A stretch of 51,606 nt of DNA from Eubacteriales bacterium (lineage in GTDB: Bacteria; Bacillota; Clostridia; Oscillospirales; JAAYXM01), in contig JAZRPO010000065.1 in NCBI GenBank assembly GCA_045649265.1, positions 1 to 51,606 of the forward strand, in the 5' to 3' direction. The position numbers and the translations under genes are program-made. Below, in pieces: positions 28,700-37,659 of this stretch. The first letter of the stretch is position 1; every line of letters begins with the position of its first letter. The notes under the pieces are model-generated. The model saw only the letters and a list, made by a program, of their open reading frames with translations. It did not search any database and had not been told where the DNA came from.

Positions 28700-30025
28700 T
28701 TATCGCTTTGCTACAACCTCGCATTCAGAAACACCGTAGTATTTCATACATTCTATTAACGGTTTGTTGATTTCTTCGCCATATATAACAATGGGTATAG
28801 CAGGAGGGCATGAAATTGAAGCTCCGGCAAAGATGCTCCCCTCGCAATCGTCAGCTTTTTTTCTGACCTTTTCTGAAAAAAGGGCCTCTCGCGCCGGCAG
28901 AACTGATTTTGCGGGAAAAATCGGCGGAGGGAAAGATGTAACTGCTCTGCGGCGGATAACGCCCAAAAGAGTCCTTCTGAGCCTTCTCAAATCACGGCCG
29001 GTTGTATTTGCGGAGAACATCATAACGAGAAAATCCGAGTCAGAAAATTCGCAAACGATGTTCCTTGCAAAAAGCAAAGAGGAAAGCTCGTTGCCCGTAT
29101 AGCCGAAAGACTTTGGAAGAAGCGTGAGCTTAAGAGGCTCGTCGCCCATGACGGAAAACCCGTGCTCCGTGAGGGAAATGCGCAGCTTTTCCACACGCTT
29201 TGCAACCTTTGATATTCGGGCGGAGAAGTTATCTGCAAGGAGCATATTTGCCTTATCAAGAGATTCGAGAATGAGGTATGAAGGGCTTGTGGATGCAAAA
29301 AGCCTCATGGCAGCCTCTGCGTTCTGAGAAAAAAACTGAGGACATGAGCGCGAGATATGAAGGTATGCACCCCCCGTCAGAACAGGCAAGGTTTTGTGAG
29401 CAGAGTCACAACAGATATCTGCACCTGCATCAAGCGGATGAGGCAAAATCGGCAGAAATTTGAAATATGCGCCGTGGGCGTTGTCGACAAGGAGCAGACA
29501 GCCGTGTTTTTTGCAGGCCTCCGAAATTTTTTCAATGTCGGCAACGTTTCCGAGATAATCCGGGCTTGTGATGTAAACACATGTCGGAGAGAGCGCGGAA
29601 ATCTTTTCTTCAAGAGCTTTTAAATCTATATGACACGAAAGAAGGCTTCCGTCTTTGGGATAAATCCATTTGACATCAATATCAAGCAACGCAGCGGCGG
29701 ATACAAACGAAAAGTGTGCGTTTCGCGCGGCAAGAACGAGAGGTTCTTCCCCGCGGCTCTTTGCATAGAGCTTCACGAGATAAAGCATAGCCCTGATGCA
29801 GAGAGATGAGCCCTCTGTGCTGTAAATCGTTCTCGCGCTTCCGAAAAGAGCTGAGGCATTATCTTCGCTTTCTCTTATTATTCCTGAGGTGTTGTAGAGA
29901 ACATCTGCACCGGGAATTTCTGTAATATCTGCGCGAGCATATTTCCCCTTGTGCCCCGGCATATGTAGCCTGACAGCAGATGAAGAGGAGTATTTTTTAA
30001 GAAAGCTGTAAATCGGCGTTTTCAT
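28700..30025 (-). CDS. PLP-dependent Orn/Lys/Arg decarboxylase-fold protein (YaaO-like)
   Basis: 441 aa: LHMPGHKG N-terminus and PLP-lysine context DSAHKTLPVLTGGAYLH. The start ATG overlaps the maturase stop (TAATG). Confidence 0.8.
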   Translation of the reverse strand: MKTPIYSFLKKYSSSSAVRLHMPGHKGKYARADITEIPGADVLYNTSGIIRESEDNASALFGSARTIYSTEGSSLCIRAMLYLVKLYAKSRGEEPLVLAARNAHFSFVSAAALLDIDVKWIYPKDGSLLSCHIDLKALEEKISALSPTCVYITSPDYLGNVADIEKISEACKKHGCLLLVDNAHGAYFKFLPILPHPLDAGADICCDSAHKTLPVLTGGAYLHISRSCPQFFSQNAEAAMRLFASTSPSYLILESLDKANMLLADNFSARISKVAKRVEKLRISLTEHGFSVMGDEPLKLTLLPKSFGYTGNELSSLLFARNIVCEFSDSDFLVMMFSANTTGRDLRRLRRTLLGVIRRRAVTSFPPPIFPAKSVLPAREALFSEKVRKKADDCEGSIFAGASISCPPAIPIVIYGEEINKPLIECMKYYGVSECEVVAKR

Positions 30026-31389
30026 TATTCGTCACTCAATGCGCGCGAAACTTCGAGGAAAATTGCGCATTCCATCCTCTTTCTGAAAAGCTCACATCCG
30101 CTTTGGTAAATTCCCGTAATGCTTCCCGTTGCGTGATATGCATTGGCCGCACAGCCGCCCGAGCAATAGAGCTTTGCCCAGCAATTGTCACAGTCGGGAT
30201 GAGCGTAAACGTTGCATTTTCGGAATTCATCCTGAATAGCAGAGTTGGTAACGCCGTCATAGATGTTTCCGAGGCAGAACTTTTCATCCCCCACGAACTG
30301 GTGGCAGGGATAAAGGTCTCCCCACGGAGTAACAGCCATATATTCGGTGCCGGAGCCGCAGCCTGAGATTCGCTTATAGATACACGGTCCATCCGTAAGG
30401 TCAATCATATAGTGATAGAAGGTAAAGGGCTCGCCCTGTTTTTCGCGTTGGAGCATAAGTTCGGCGAGCTTTTCGTATTGCTGCTTTACAATAACAATGT
30501 CATCATCAGTAAGAGCCGCCTCTTCTTCCGGAGCGCAAACGACAGGCTCCATGCTCAGCTCGGTAAATCCGAGCTCGAGCATCGTCTTTATATCTTCAAC
30601 AAAGTCGGGGTTTTGGTGCGTAAAAGTTCCGCGCATATAATACCCTTTTCCGCCGCGCGCCGCAACGAGCTTCTGAAATTTCGGAACAATAGCATCAAAG
30701 CTTCCCTGCCCCGAATAGTCCACACGATAGCGGTCGTGGATTTCGCGCCTGCCGTCGAGACTGAGAACGACGTTTGACATTTCCCGGTTTGCAAAATCAA
30801 TGACATCATCGTCAATGAGCATGCCGTTTGTAGTGAGCGTGAAGCGGAAGTTTTTCCCCGAATCCTTTTCTATTGAGCGTGCATAAGTAACGAGCTTTTT
30901 CACAACGTCAAAATTCATAAGCGGTTCGCCGCCGAAGAAATCAACCTCCAAATTACGGCGGCTTCCCGAATTTGCTATGAGAAAATCAAGCGCGGCCTTT
31001 CCCGTTTCAAAGCTCATAACTGCGCGCTCTCCCGAATATTTGCCCTGGCTTGCGAAGCAATAAGAGCAGTTTAAGTTGCAGGTGTGCGCAACGTGAAGAC
31101 AAAGCGCCTTGACAACCCCGGAGGTTCTTTCCTTAAGCTCTGCGGCTCGTTCCTCAAATGTGTCTTTCGAAAAGAGCTTTCCGCAATCGCGAAGCTCCAG
31201 AACCTGCTCATAACATTCCGCAACGTCGTTTGTATCGTATTTTTCAGAAAGAGCGGACAAAATTACATCGCGATCTTTTTCTTCAAAGAGAGCGATGATG
31301 TCGTAGGCAATATCGTCAACAGCGTGAACACTTCCGGAGAAAACGTCAATAACGATGTTAAGCCCGCCCTGTTTATACATATGTATCAT
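30025..31389 (-). CDS. scfB: radical SAM/SPASM thioether-forming maturase of the SCIFF peptide
   Basis: 454 aa. CNLNCSYC radical-SAM cluster motif, C-terminal SPASM cysteines (CGSGTEYMAV...CHQF...CDNCWAKLYCSGGCAANAY), immediately downstream of a SCIFF gene. Confidence 0.85.
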   Translation of the reverse strand: MIHMYKQGGLNIVIDVFSGSVHAVDDIAYDIIALFEEKDRDVILSALSEKYDTNDVAECYEQVLELRDCGKLFSKDTFEERAAELKERTSGVVKALCLHVAHTCNLNCSYCFASQGKYSGERAVMSFETGKAALDFLIANSGSRRNLEVDFFGGEPLMNFDVVKKLVTYARSIEKDSGKNFRFTLTTNGMLIDDDVIDFANREMSNVVLSLDGRREIHDRYRVDYSGQGSFDAIVPKFQKLVAARGGKGYYMRGTFTHQNPDFVEDIKTMLELGFTELSMEPVVCAPEEEAALTDDDIVIVKQQYEKLAELMLQREKQGEPFTFYHYMIDLTDGPCIYKRISGCGSGTEYMAVTPWGDLYPCHQFVGDEKFCLGNIYDGVTNSAIQDEFRKCNVYAHPDCDNCWAKLYCSGGCAANAYHATGSITGIYQSGCELFRKRMECAIFLEVSRALSDE

Positions 31390-31413
31390 AAAACTTAAAT
31401 CTCCTTTAAAAAA

Positions 31414-31433
31414 ATGCCGCCCTCAGGCGGCAT
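31414..31433 (-). terminator. intrinsic terminator/attenuator between the SCIFF precursor and its maturase
   Basis: - strand ATGCCGCC-tgag-GGCGGCAT followed by TTTTTTT. Confidence 0.6.
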
Positions 31434-31450
31434 TTTGTGTTTGTGAGAAC

Positions 31451-31597
31451 TTACTTCTTTGTGCTTTCACACTTCTGGTTTGCAATTCCGCAGCTTGTCT
31501 TGCAAGCGGACTGGCAGGATGTCTGGCACTCGCCGCAGCCGCCGTTTGTTGCGCTCTTGCAAAGATCGCGAGTTTTTAAAGTCTTGATATGTTTCAT
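31451..31597 (-). CDS. scfA: SCIFF ranthipeptide precursor (48 aa, below the ORF-track cutoff)
   Basis: Translates to MKHIKTLKTRDLCKSATNGGCGECQTSCQSACKTSCGIANQKCESTKK*. The GGCGECQTSCQSACKTSC core is the SCIFF signature. RBS ggagg 9 nt upstream. Confidence 0.88.
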   Translation of the reverse strand: MKHIKTLKTRDLCKSATNGGCGECQTSCQSACKTSCGIANQKCESTKK

Positions 31598-31637
31598 TTT
31601 TAAAGGCCTCCATAAAGTGATAATGTCATTTTAATGT

Positions 31638-31667
31638 ATTATAGCACGGTGTTTTACAAAAAGTCAA
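31638..31667 (-). promoter_or_regulatory. promoter of the SCIFF operon
   Basis: - strand TTGACT, 18 nt, TATAAT. Confidence 0.5.
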
Positions 31668-31691
31668 TAGCTATAAGAGACGGAGTGATTT

Positions 31692-33524
31692 TTACTCAGT
31701 ATATTCGAAAGCTTCGAAACCGAGGTCGGCAATCCCCGAAACACCATAGCCGGAGAGATTATCATTCATTAGTTCATCGGCAAAATTAAGGCTCATATAG
31801 AAAAGATTGCCTGCATTGCCCATGTGGGTAGAGCGGGAATCATAATCCATTCCGTCTGTCTTGTCAAAGAAGTAGTAAGTCTTGTAGGCAAAATCGCGTT
31901 TATATATATTCGAAACGCCGCATGCAGAATATCCGTTCTGACTTATGTCCTCGAAGTAGTAATAGCGGGAAAACGCTTTTTCTTCATCGGGAACAATGTC
32001 AATCGTGGTGAAAAAGCCTTCTCCGTCGGAATAGACATACATACACATCAGGGTTATGCAATCATATTCCTCGTCATAGTAAAGAGTATACTCTACTTGG
32101 GCATCCCACGCGGTTTCGCTTTCCATTGTCATAACGTATGCAGGGCTTCCTCCCACTGTTGCATTTGAATAGTTATATATCCAGGAGAGGAGAAGCTTAT
32201 AAGCGATCTGTTGCCGGGACAGTCCTGAAGCATCAATATCTCCGACGACATTTTCGTTATCAAACTCACCTGTTGCGGACAGAGGAAAAGCTCTTTGTGT
32301 TGAATAGCCTTTAATAACTGAAATCGGAAGTGCGAGATTCAGATTCTGACCGAAGTTAAACCCCGCCGAGGTTATTCCGACAACCTGACCTTTGCGGTTT
32401 ATAAGGGCGCCGCCTGATGAACCGTTGGAGGTCGGAACGCTTATCTGCAGGAAACGAACACCGTCAAGTGTTCGGTTGGTGTTTGAAATCAGGCCCTCTG
32501 AAATTGTGTTATCAAGTCCGTGCGGGCTTCCGATTGCGAAGACCTCCTCGCCGCCGAGCGGTTCTTCACTTGAAATTTCAAGATACGGAGAATTTGAAAT
32601 GTCAACCTTTATGACAGCCCAGTCATTTTTTGCGCTGTAATCATAAACTCCCACGACGTTATACCATTTTTTCTTATCAGAGAGATAAATCCTTGACTTT
32701 GTGACACCTTCAATAACGTGGTAATTCGTGACAGCCGTTCCATTTTGATCAATAAAAAATCCGCTTCCGGAGGAAATCGCAGTTCCGTTTCTGTCGTAGT
32801 TTTCAACATAAAAAACGGCAGGAGAACAACGGTTATAAATTTCTTCAGAGGTATAATCTTTGGGAGCTCCCTCATTCTCAAATTCGGAAACGTTGTAGAA
32901 GGTGTTGTATGCTGCTGCCGAGAAAACCCCAGCTTCTATAAGCTTCATAGCGAGCGTTTTCTTCGTTCCCTTAACCTCCGCTTCAAGCGCTGCATAAGAG
33001 ACAAGAACAACATCACCCCTTAAAAAGTTGAGGATATCGGGGTTTCCGTTCATTATCCCAGTCTGGCGCGCAAGCGTAAAGGGATTATCCCACGTAAAGT
33101 CGCCCGCTGTGTCAGAGTATCCAAGCGCGCGAAGAACGAAGGTCAGATACATTGACGCGGATGCAGATTCTCCGCCACCGAATTTTGTCGCCGAAATTCC
33201 GTTGGTGAGCTTGTTTTCATACGCATATCCGACATAGCTGTCTGCCCAGGTGGGAACATCGAGGAATGGGTGCCGTCCGCCTTTATTGAGAGCATCAGCT
33301 TCCTTTCCCAGAACGCGGATGAGCATAACGAGCGCCTCCGTGCGGGTAGGAGCGCGGTCGAGGGCAAAGTCGGTTTCAGAAACGCCCTTGAAAATCCCGA
33401 GGCTTTTCAAATCAGCGGCAAGCTCGCTCTCGCGCGAGAGCGTAGAGCTTGCGGCAAGTGCCTGCGCCGGGAAAAGCGAAAAAAGTAAAATCACACATAT
33501 TGTTAAAGAAATGATTCTTTTCAT
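31692..33524 (-). CDS. secreted trypsin-like (S1C/HtrA-type) serine protease with N-terminal SLH-like repeats and a C-terminal domain of unknown function
   Basis: Signal peptide ending AQALA. SLH-like segments (FLDVPTWADSYVGYAYENKLTNG). Protease core GSGFFIDQNGTAVTNYHV ... NGSSGGALINRKGQVVGITSAG. Confidence 0.75.
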   Translation of the reverse strand: MKRIISLTICVILLFSLFPAQALAASSTLSRESELAADLKSLGIFKGVSETDFALDRAPTRTEALVMLIRVLGKEADALNKGGRHPFLDVPTWADSYVGYAYENKLTNGISATKFGGGESASASMYLTFVLRALGYSDTAGDFTWDNPFTLARQTGIMNGNPDILNFLRGDVVLVSYAALEAEVKGTKKTLAMKLIEAGVFSAAAYNTFYNVSEFENEGAPKDYTSEEIYNRCSPAVFYVENYDRNGTAISSGSGFFIDQNGTAVTNYHVIEGVTKSRIYLSDKKKWYNVVGVYDYSAKNDWAVIKVDISNSPYLEISSEEPLGGEEVFAIGSPHGLDNTISEGLISNTNRTLDGVRFLQISVPTSNGSSGGALINRKGQVVGITSAGFNFGQNLNLALPISVIKGYSTQRAFPLSATGEFDNENVVGDIDASGLSRQQIAYKLLLSWIYNYSNATVGGSPAYVMTMESETAWDAQVEYTLYYDEEYDCITLMCMYVYSDGEGFFTTIDIVPDEEKAFSRYYYFEDISQNGYSACGVSNIYKRDFAYKTYYFFDKTDGMDYDSRSTHMGNAGNLFYMSLNFADELMNDNLSGYGVSGIADLGFEAFEYTE

Positions 33525-33710
33525 TTTTTAATCTCCTTTGATGAAATGCCTGAAAATTTTTACCTAATTATACCACATGCATAGGGATTTATCAACAGAG
33601 AAAGTGTCGCAAGTCAAGCCGTTTTATGAAATTTTACGTTGCGGAAATCCGCGCTTTATAGTATAATATTGAATTAAGAATCACATTAAATTGAGAAGAC
33701 GGGAAAATCT

Positions 33711-35594
33711 ATGGAATATATAGCAGGAAAATATGATATAGCAGTTATCGGAGCGGGGCATGCAGGCTGCGAAGCGGCGCTTTCTGCAGCTCGGCTCGGC
33801 GCGCGCGTTATTTGCTTTGCGATAAATCTTGACTCTGTCGGGAATATGCCCTGCAACCCCGCAATCGGCGGAACTGCAAAGGGGCATCTTGTCCGTGAAC
33901 TCGATGCGCTCGGTGGTGAAATGGGCAGAGCGGCGGATGATACCTGCATTCAATACCGTATGTTAAACCGGGGCAAAGGCCCGGCGGTGTATTCTCTCCG
34001 CGCTCAGGCTGATCGGCGCGCATATCAGGCTCGAATGAAGCGCGCGCTTGAAGAATGTGAAAATCTGCACCTTCTCCAAGCGGAAATAACAAAGATTGAG
34101 GTTGAAAACGGGCGTATCTGTGCAGTTGTCACAGCCTCAGGAGGGCGATATCTCGTATCAGCCTGCATTATCGCCACAGGCACATACCTCGGCGGAAAGA
34201 CAACCGTTGGCGAAACCTCGCGCGAGGGCGGTCCTGACGGAATGTTTGCTGCAAGCGAGCTTACAAAAAACCTTCTTGCAATCGGACTTCCGCTTCGCCG
34301 CTTCAAAACGGGGACTCCGCCGCGAATTAATGCGCGTTCCGTTGATTTTTCTAAAATGGAGCCGCAACCGGGCGATGAGGACATAGCTCCGTTCTCTTTT
34401 GATACCGACAAAAAGCTTGAAAACCGCGCAATCTGTCACCTTACGTATACAAATGAGGAAACCCATCGGATAATCCGAGAAAATCTGCACCGCTCTCCGC
34501 TTTTTTCAGGAAATATAGAAGGTGTCGGACCGAGATATTGTCCGTCTATCGAGGACAAGGTTGTGCGATTTGCGGATAAACGCCGTCATCAGCTCTTTGT
34601 TGAGCCCATGGGGCTTTCGACGGATGAAATGTATATTCAGGGCCTTTCGTCTTCACTGCCTGAGGACATTCAGCTTCTGATAGTTCATTCAATAAAAGGG
34701 CTTGAAAATGCGCAGATAATGCGCTTTGCATATGCGATAGAATACGACTGCATCGACCCCCTTGCGCTTGATGCAACACTTCGGGTAAAAACAATATCAG
34801 GGCTTTATGGTGCAGGCCAGTTCTGCGGCTCTTCTGGATATGAAGAGGCGGCGGTGCAGGGTCTGATTGCAGGAATCAACGCTGCCCATGAGCTTTTCGG
34901 AAAGCCCCCGTTTATTTTAAGTCGCTCGGATTCCTACATCGGAACGCTCATTGATGACCTTGTAACAAAGGGCACAAATGAGCCGTATCGAATGATGACC
35001 TCCCGCTCGGAGTACAGGCTTTATCTCCGTCAGGACAATGCCGACCTCCGCCTCACTGAGCGCGGGTACGCTCTGGGGCTTGTTTCCCGGGAGAAATATG
35101 AAAGAATGCTCAAAAAGAAGGAGCTTTTGGAAAAAGAAATAAAAAGGCTTGAAAAAACGATAGTTGCGCCCGGCGATGAAATAAACGCTTTTTTGGAGGA
35201 AAAAGGAACCTCCGCCCTCGTTACCGGAGCCTCCCTTGCAGACTTAATCCGCCGTCCGCAGCTTGGTTATGAAAGCCTTTGCCATTTTGACAAGGCAAGG
35301 CCCTCTCTTCCGCAGAATGTTATTGAAACGGCAGAGATTTCACTTAAATATGACGGTTATATAAAGCGGCAGAAGTCACAGATAGAACAGTTTAAGAAGC
35401 TTGAAGAAAAGCTGTTGCCGGATGGTATTGACTATATGTCGCTTACGGGGCTTCGGACAGAAGCGCGCCAGAAGCTCTCGGCAATCCGCCCTAAATCCGT
35501 TGGGCAGGCATCGAGAATATCGGGGGTAAGCCCTGCTGACATTGCCGCCCTTCTTCTCTACATTAAGCAGCGCCCGGAAAGGACAGAGCTATGA
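33711..35594 (+). CDS. mnmG: tRNA uridine-5-carboxymethylaminomethyl modification enzyme MnmG (GidA)
   Basis: 627 aa: FAD motif YDIAVIGAGHAGCEAAL, GPRYCPSIEDK, QINGTTGYEEAA-like region. Confidence 0.95.
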   Translation: MEYIAGKYDIAVIGAGHAGCEAALSAARLGARVICFAINLDSVGNMPCNPAIGGTAKGHLVRELDALGGEMGRAADDTCIQYRMLNRGKGPAVYSLRAQADRRAYQARMKRALEECENLHLLQAEITKIEVENGRICAVVTASGGRYLVSACIIATGTYLGGKTTVGETSREGGPDGMFAASELTKNLLAIGLPLRRFKTGTPPRINARSVDFSKMEPQPGDEDIAPFSFDTDKKLENRAICHLTYTNEETHRIIRENLHRSPLFSGNIEGVGPRYCPSIEDKVVRFADKRRHQLFVEPMGLSTDEMYIQGLSSSLPEDIQLLIVHSIKGLENAQIMRFAYAIEYDCIDPLALDATLRVKTISGLYGAGQFCGSSGYEEAAVQGLIAGINAAHELFGKPPFILSRSDSYIGTLIDDLVTKGTNEPYRMMTSRSEYRLYLRQDNADLRLTERGYALGLVSREKYERMLKKKELLEKEIKRLEKTIVAPGDEINAFLEEKGTSALVTGASLADLIRRPQLGYESLCHFDKARPSLPQNVIETAEISLKYDGYIKRQKSQIEQFKKLEEKLLPDGIDYMSLTGLRTEARQKLSAIRPKSVGQASRISGVSPADIAALLLYIKQRPERTEL

Positions 35595-36289
35595 AAGACC
35601 TTCTGACAAACATCTTCAAAAGCCTTGAAATAGAAGCAGACCCTGAGCAATTTATAACCTTTTCCGATATGCTTCTTGAAAAGAATAAGGTTATGAATCT
35701 CACTGCAATCTGCGAGCCGCGTGAGGTTTGCATTCGACACTTTGCAGATTCTCTCTCGCTTCTTCGTTCGTGTGATTTTTCAGGAAAGCGCGTTATAGAT
35801 GTCGGGTGTGGTGCTGGGTTTCCGGGGCTTCCGCTCCGCCTTGCAAAGAGCGATATCTCGCTCACGCTCCTCGACTCTCTCGGAAAACGAGTAAACTTTC
35901 TCTCGGAGGTATGCGAAAAGCTCAACCTCCCGGATGTTGAATGTCTCCATGCCCGCGCGGAGGAGATTGCAAATGAGCAGGGTTACCGAGAGGGCTATGA
36001 CATTGCAGTTTCCCGTGCGGTTGCAGACCTTTCGGTGCTCTGTGAGATGTGCCTGCCGTATGTAAAGGTTGGCGGAGTTTTTCTCGCCATGAAGGCCTCC
36101 GACTGTGACGATGAGCTCAATCGTGCCGGGAACGCAATTTCAACGCTTGGCGGCGAGCTTTGCGAAAGGATAGACTATCCGCTTTATGATACCGGCATTA
36201 TTCACACAATTCTCGTGATAAAAAAGGTGAAAAACACTCCGCAAAAGTATCCGAGAAGATTTGCAAAAATAAAAGCAGCCCCGCTGTAA
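35591..36289 (+). CDS. rsmG: 16S rRNA (guanine527-N7)-methyltransferase RsmG (GidB)
   Basis: 232 aa: SAM motif VIDVGCGAGFPGLPL. 4-nt overlap with mnmG. Confidence 0.92.
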   Translation: MKDLLTNIFKSLEIEADPEQFITFSDMLLEKNKVMNLTAICEPREVCIRHFADSLSLLRSCDFSGKRVIDVGCGAGFPGLPLRLAKSDISLTLLDSLGKRVNFLSEVCEKLNLPDVECLHARAEEIANEQGYREGYDIAVSRAVADLSVLCEMCLPYVKVGGVFLAMKASDCDDELNRAGNAISTLGGELCERIDYPLYDTGIIHTILVIKKVKNTPQKYPRRFAKIKAAPL

Positions 36290-36313
36290 AAACAAACGAA
36301 ATAGAAACAAAAA

Positions 36314-36343
36314 AATCCTGTAATACTGTGGTATTACAGGATT
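36314..36343. terminator. bidirectional terminator (rsmG / mgsA, convergent)
   Basis: aatcctgtaatac-tgtg-gtattacaggatt 13-bp perfect stem. Confidence 0.65.
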
Positions 36344-36355
36344 TAGAATTTTAAA

Positions 36356-36778
36356 TTAAAGAACACTTTGGCCTGACGGCTTTTCTCTCATAATATCTCG
36401 CCAGTCCATATCTCCGCGAGCAAGCCCGAGAATCAGAACCTCGGCAGTTGCGATGTTTGTTGCAACGGGAATGTTATGAGTATCGCAAAGCTGTAAGAGC
36501 GCGAGGACGTCAGGCTCGTGCGGATTGGCAGAGATCGGGTCGCGGAAGAAAAGCATCATATCAATCTCGTTGTATGCAATTCTTGCGCCAATTTGCTGAA
36601 CTCCGCCCTGTATACCGGCGAGAAACTGGTGAACGGGAAGCCCCGTTGCTTCGGAGATGAGCTTTGCAGTAGTGGCGGTACCGCAGAGAGTATGCTTTGA
36701 AAGCACGCTTTTATAAGCCGTGCAGAATTGAATCATAAGTTCCTTCTTTTTGTCGTGTGAAATCAGTGCTATGTTCAT
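36356..36778 (-). CDS. mgsA: methylglyoxal synthase
   Basis: 140 aa: [10 protein letters not shown]...[11 protein letters not shown]...[12 protein letters not shown]...FFRDP....[22 protein letters not shown]. Confidence 0.92.
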   Translation of the reverse strand: MNIALISHDKKKELMIQFCTAYKSVLSKHTLCGTATTAKLISEATGLPVHQFLAGIQGGVQQIGARIAYNEIDMMLFFRDPISANPHEPDVLALLQLCDTHNIPVATNIATAEVLILGLARGDMDWRDIMREKPSGQSVL

Positions 36779-36790
36779 GGTAATTTCCTC

Positions 36791-37549
36791 TTAAAGCTTT
36801 TTTGAAATCTTCATAATCGGAACATTTTCTCCGCAAATTCTCTTTGCGATATTGCGATATGCACGAGCTGCGGGTGAACGGAGATTTGAAAAAACCAGAG
36901 AGCCGCGGTTGGCAGCCTCAATAACGTTCTTATCCTCAGGAACAATCCCTATGAGTTGGGTGCTTGTCCTGTCAATCGCCTCATCAACGTTGAGCGATGC
37001 AAGACGGCGGATGAGAGAGGGCCTAACTCGGTTTACAACAAGCCTGATGTCGGAAATCCCTCTTGCACGAAGCGAGGCGCGCGTTAGCTGAGCATCTCTC
37101 AAAGAAACCGTGTCGGGAGTAGCAACTAAAATTGCGCTGTCGGACGCCGCCGCTGCGAGCTGAAAGCCAAAGTCAAGGCCTGCGGGGCAGTCAATAATAC
37201 AAAAATCGCAAAGCTCCTTTAACTCACTTACAAGAGACGCAAGCTCTTCGGGAGAAACGTTCTTTCCGGCATTTTCGCCGAGAGGAGCAGAAAGAAGCGA
37301 TAAGTTTTCAACAAGCGGATGGGAAAGAAGCGCCTGCGAAAGAGAGACGTTTTTTGAGATAACATCGGAGAAATCGAAGAGAGCAAGCTCGCTCACTGCT
37401 AAAACGATGTCCATATTGCGGAGACCGACATCGGCATCCAGAACGATAACGCGCTTTCCAAGTGCCGCGAGGCAGCATGCAATACCGGCTGCGACAGAAG
37501 TTTTCCCTGTTCCGCCTTTGCCGGAGGCAACGCAAATAGCACGAGCCAT
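36791..37549 (-). CDS. MinD/ParA-superfamily ATPase (MinD-like; no minC or minE nearby)
   Basis: ATG at 37549. Deviant Walker A ASGKGGTGKTS, VIVLDADVGLRNMD, DFCIIDCPAG. Confidence 0.8.
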   Translation of the reverse strand: MARAICVASGKGGTGKTSVAAGIACCLAALGKRVIVLDADVGLRNMDIVLAVSELALFDFSDVISKNVSLSQALLSHPLVENLSLLSAPLGENAGKNVSPEELASLVSELKELCDFCIIDCPAGLDFGFQLAAAASDSAILVATPDTVSLRDAQLTRASLRARGISDIRLVVNRVRPSLIRRLASLNVDEAIDRTSTQLIGIVPEDKNVIEAANRGSLVFSNLRSPAARAYRNIAKRICGENVPIMKISKKL

Positions 37550-37659
37550 ACCGCAAAATCCCCCTTTCGAGCTTTTATAATAATTATACAATAATAAATT
37601 TGATTTGTAAATTATTTTATAAAAAAAACATCAAAACTTCAGGGGGCATTCGGATGAGG

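Noticed and set aside
31355-31634. Two + strand ORFs (31355-31579 and 31437-31634) rich in Cys, Ala and Leu.
   Set aside because: They are the antisense of the SCIFF precursor gene and its terminator. The - strand reading gives the unmistakable GGCGECQTSCQSACKTSC signature with an RBS.
33681-34490. Several - strand ORFs of 87-128 aa overlapping the 5' part of mnmG.
   Set aside because: They are Arg/Pro/Ser-rich shadow ORFs opposite a GC-richer, unmistakable MnmG coding frame.
36791-37549. Soj/ParA partition ATPase, as expected after rsmG.
   Set aside because: The gene is on the opposite strand and no parB/spo0J follows. The sequence (VLDADVGLRNMD, SGKGGTGKTS) resembles MinD more than Soj. 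It is therefore called MinD-like only.
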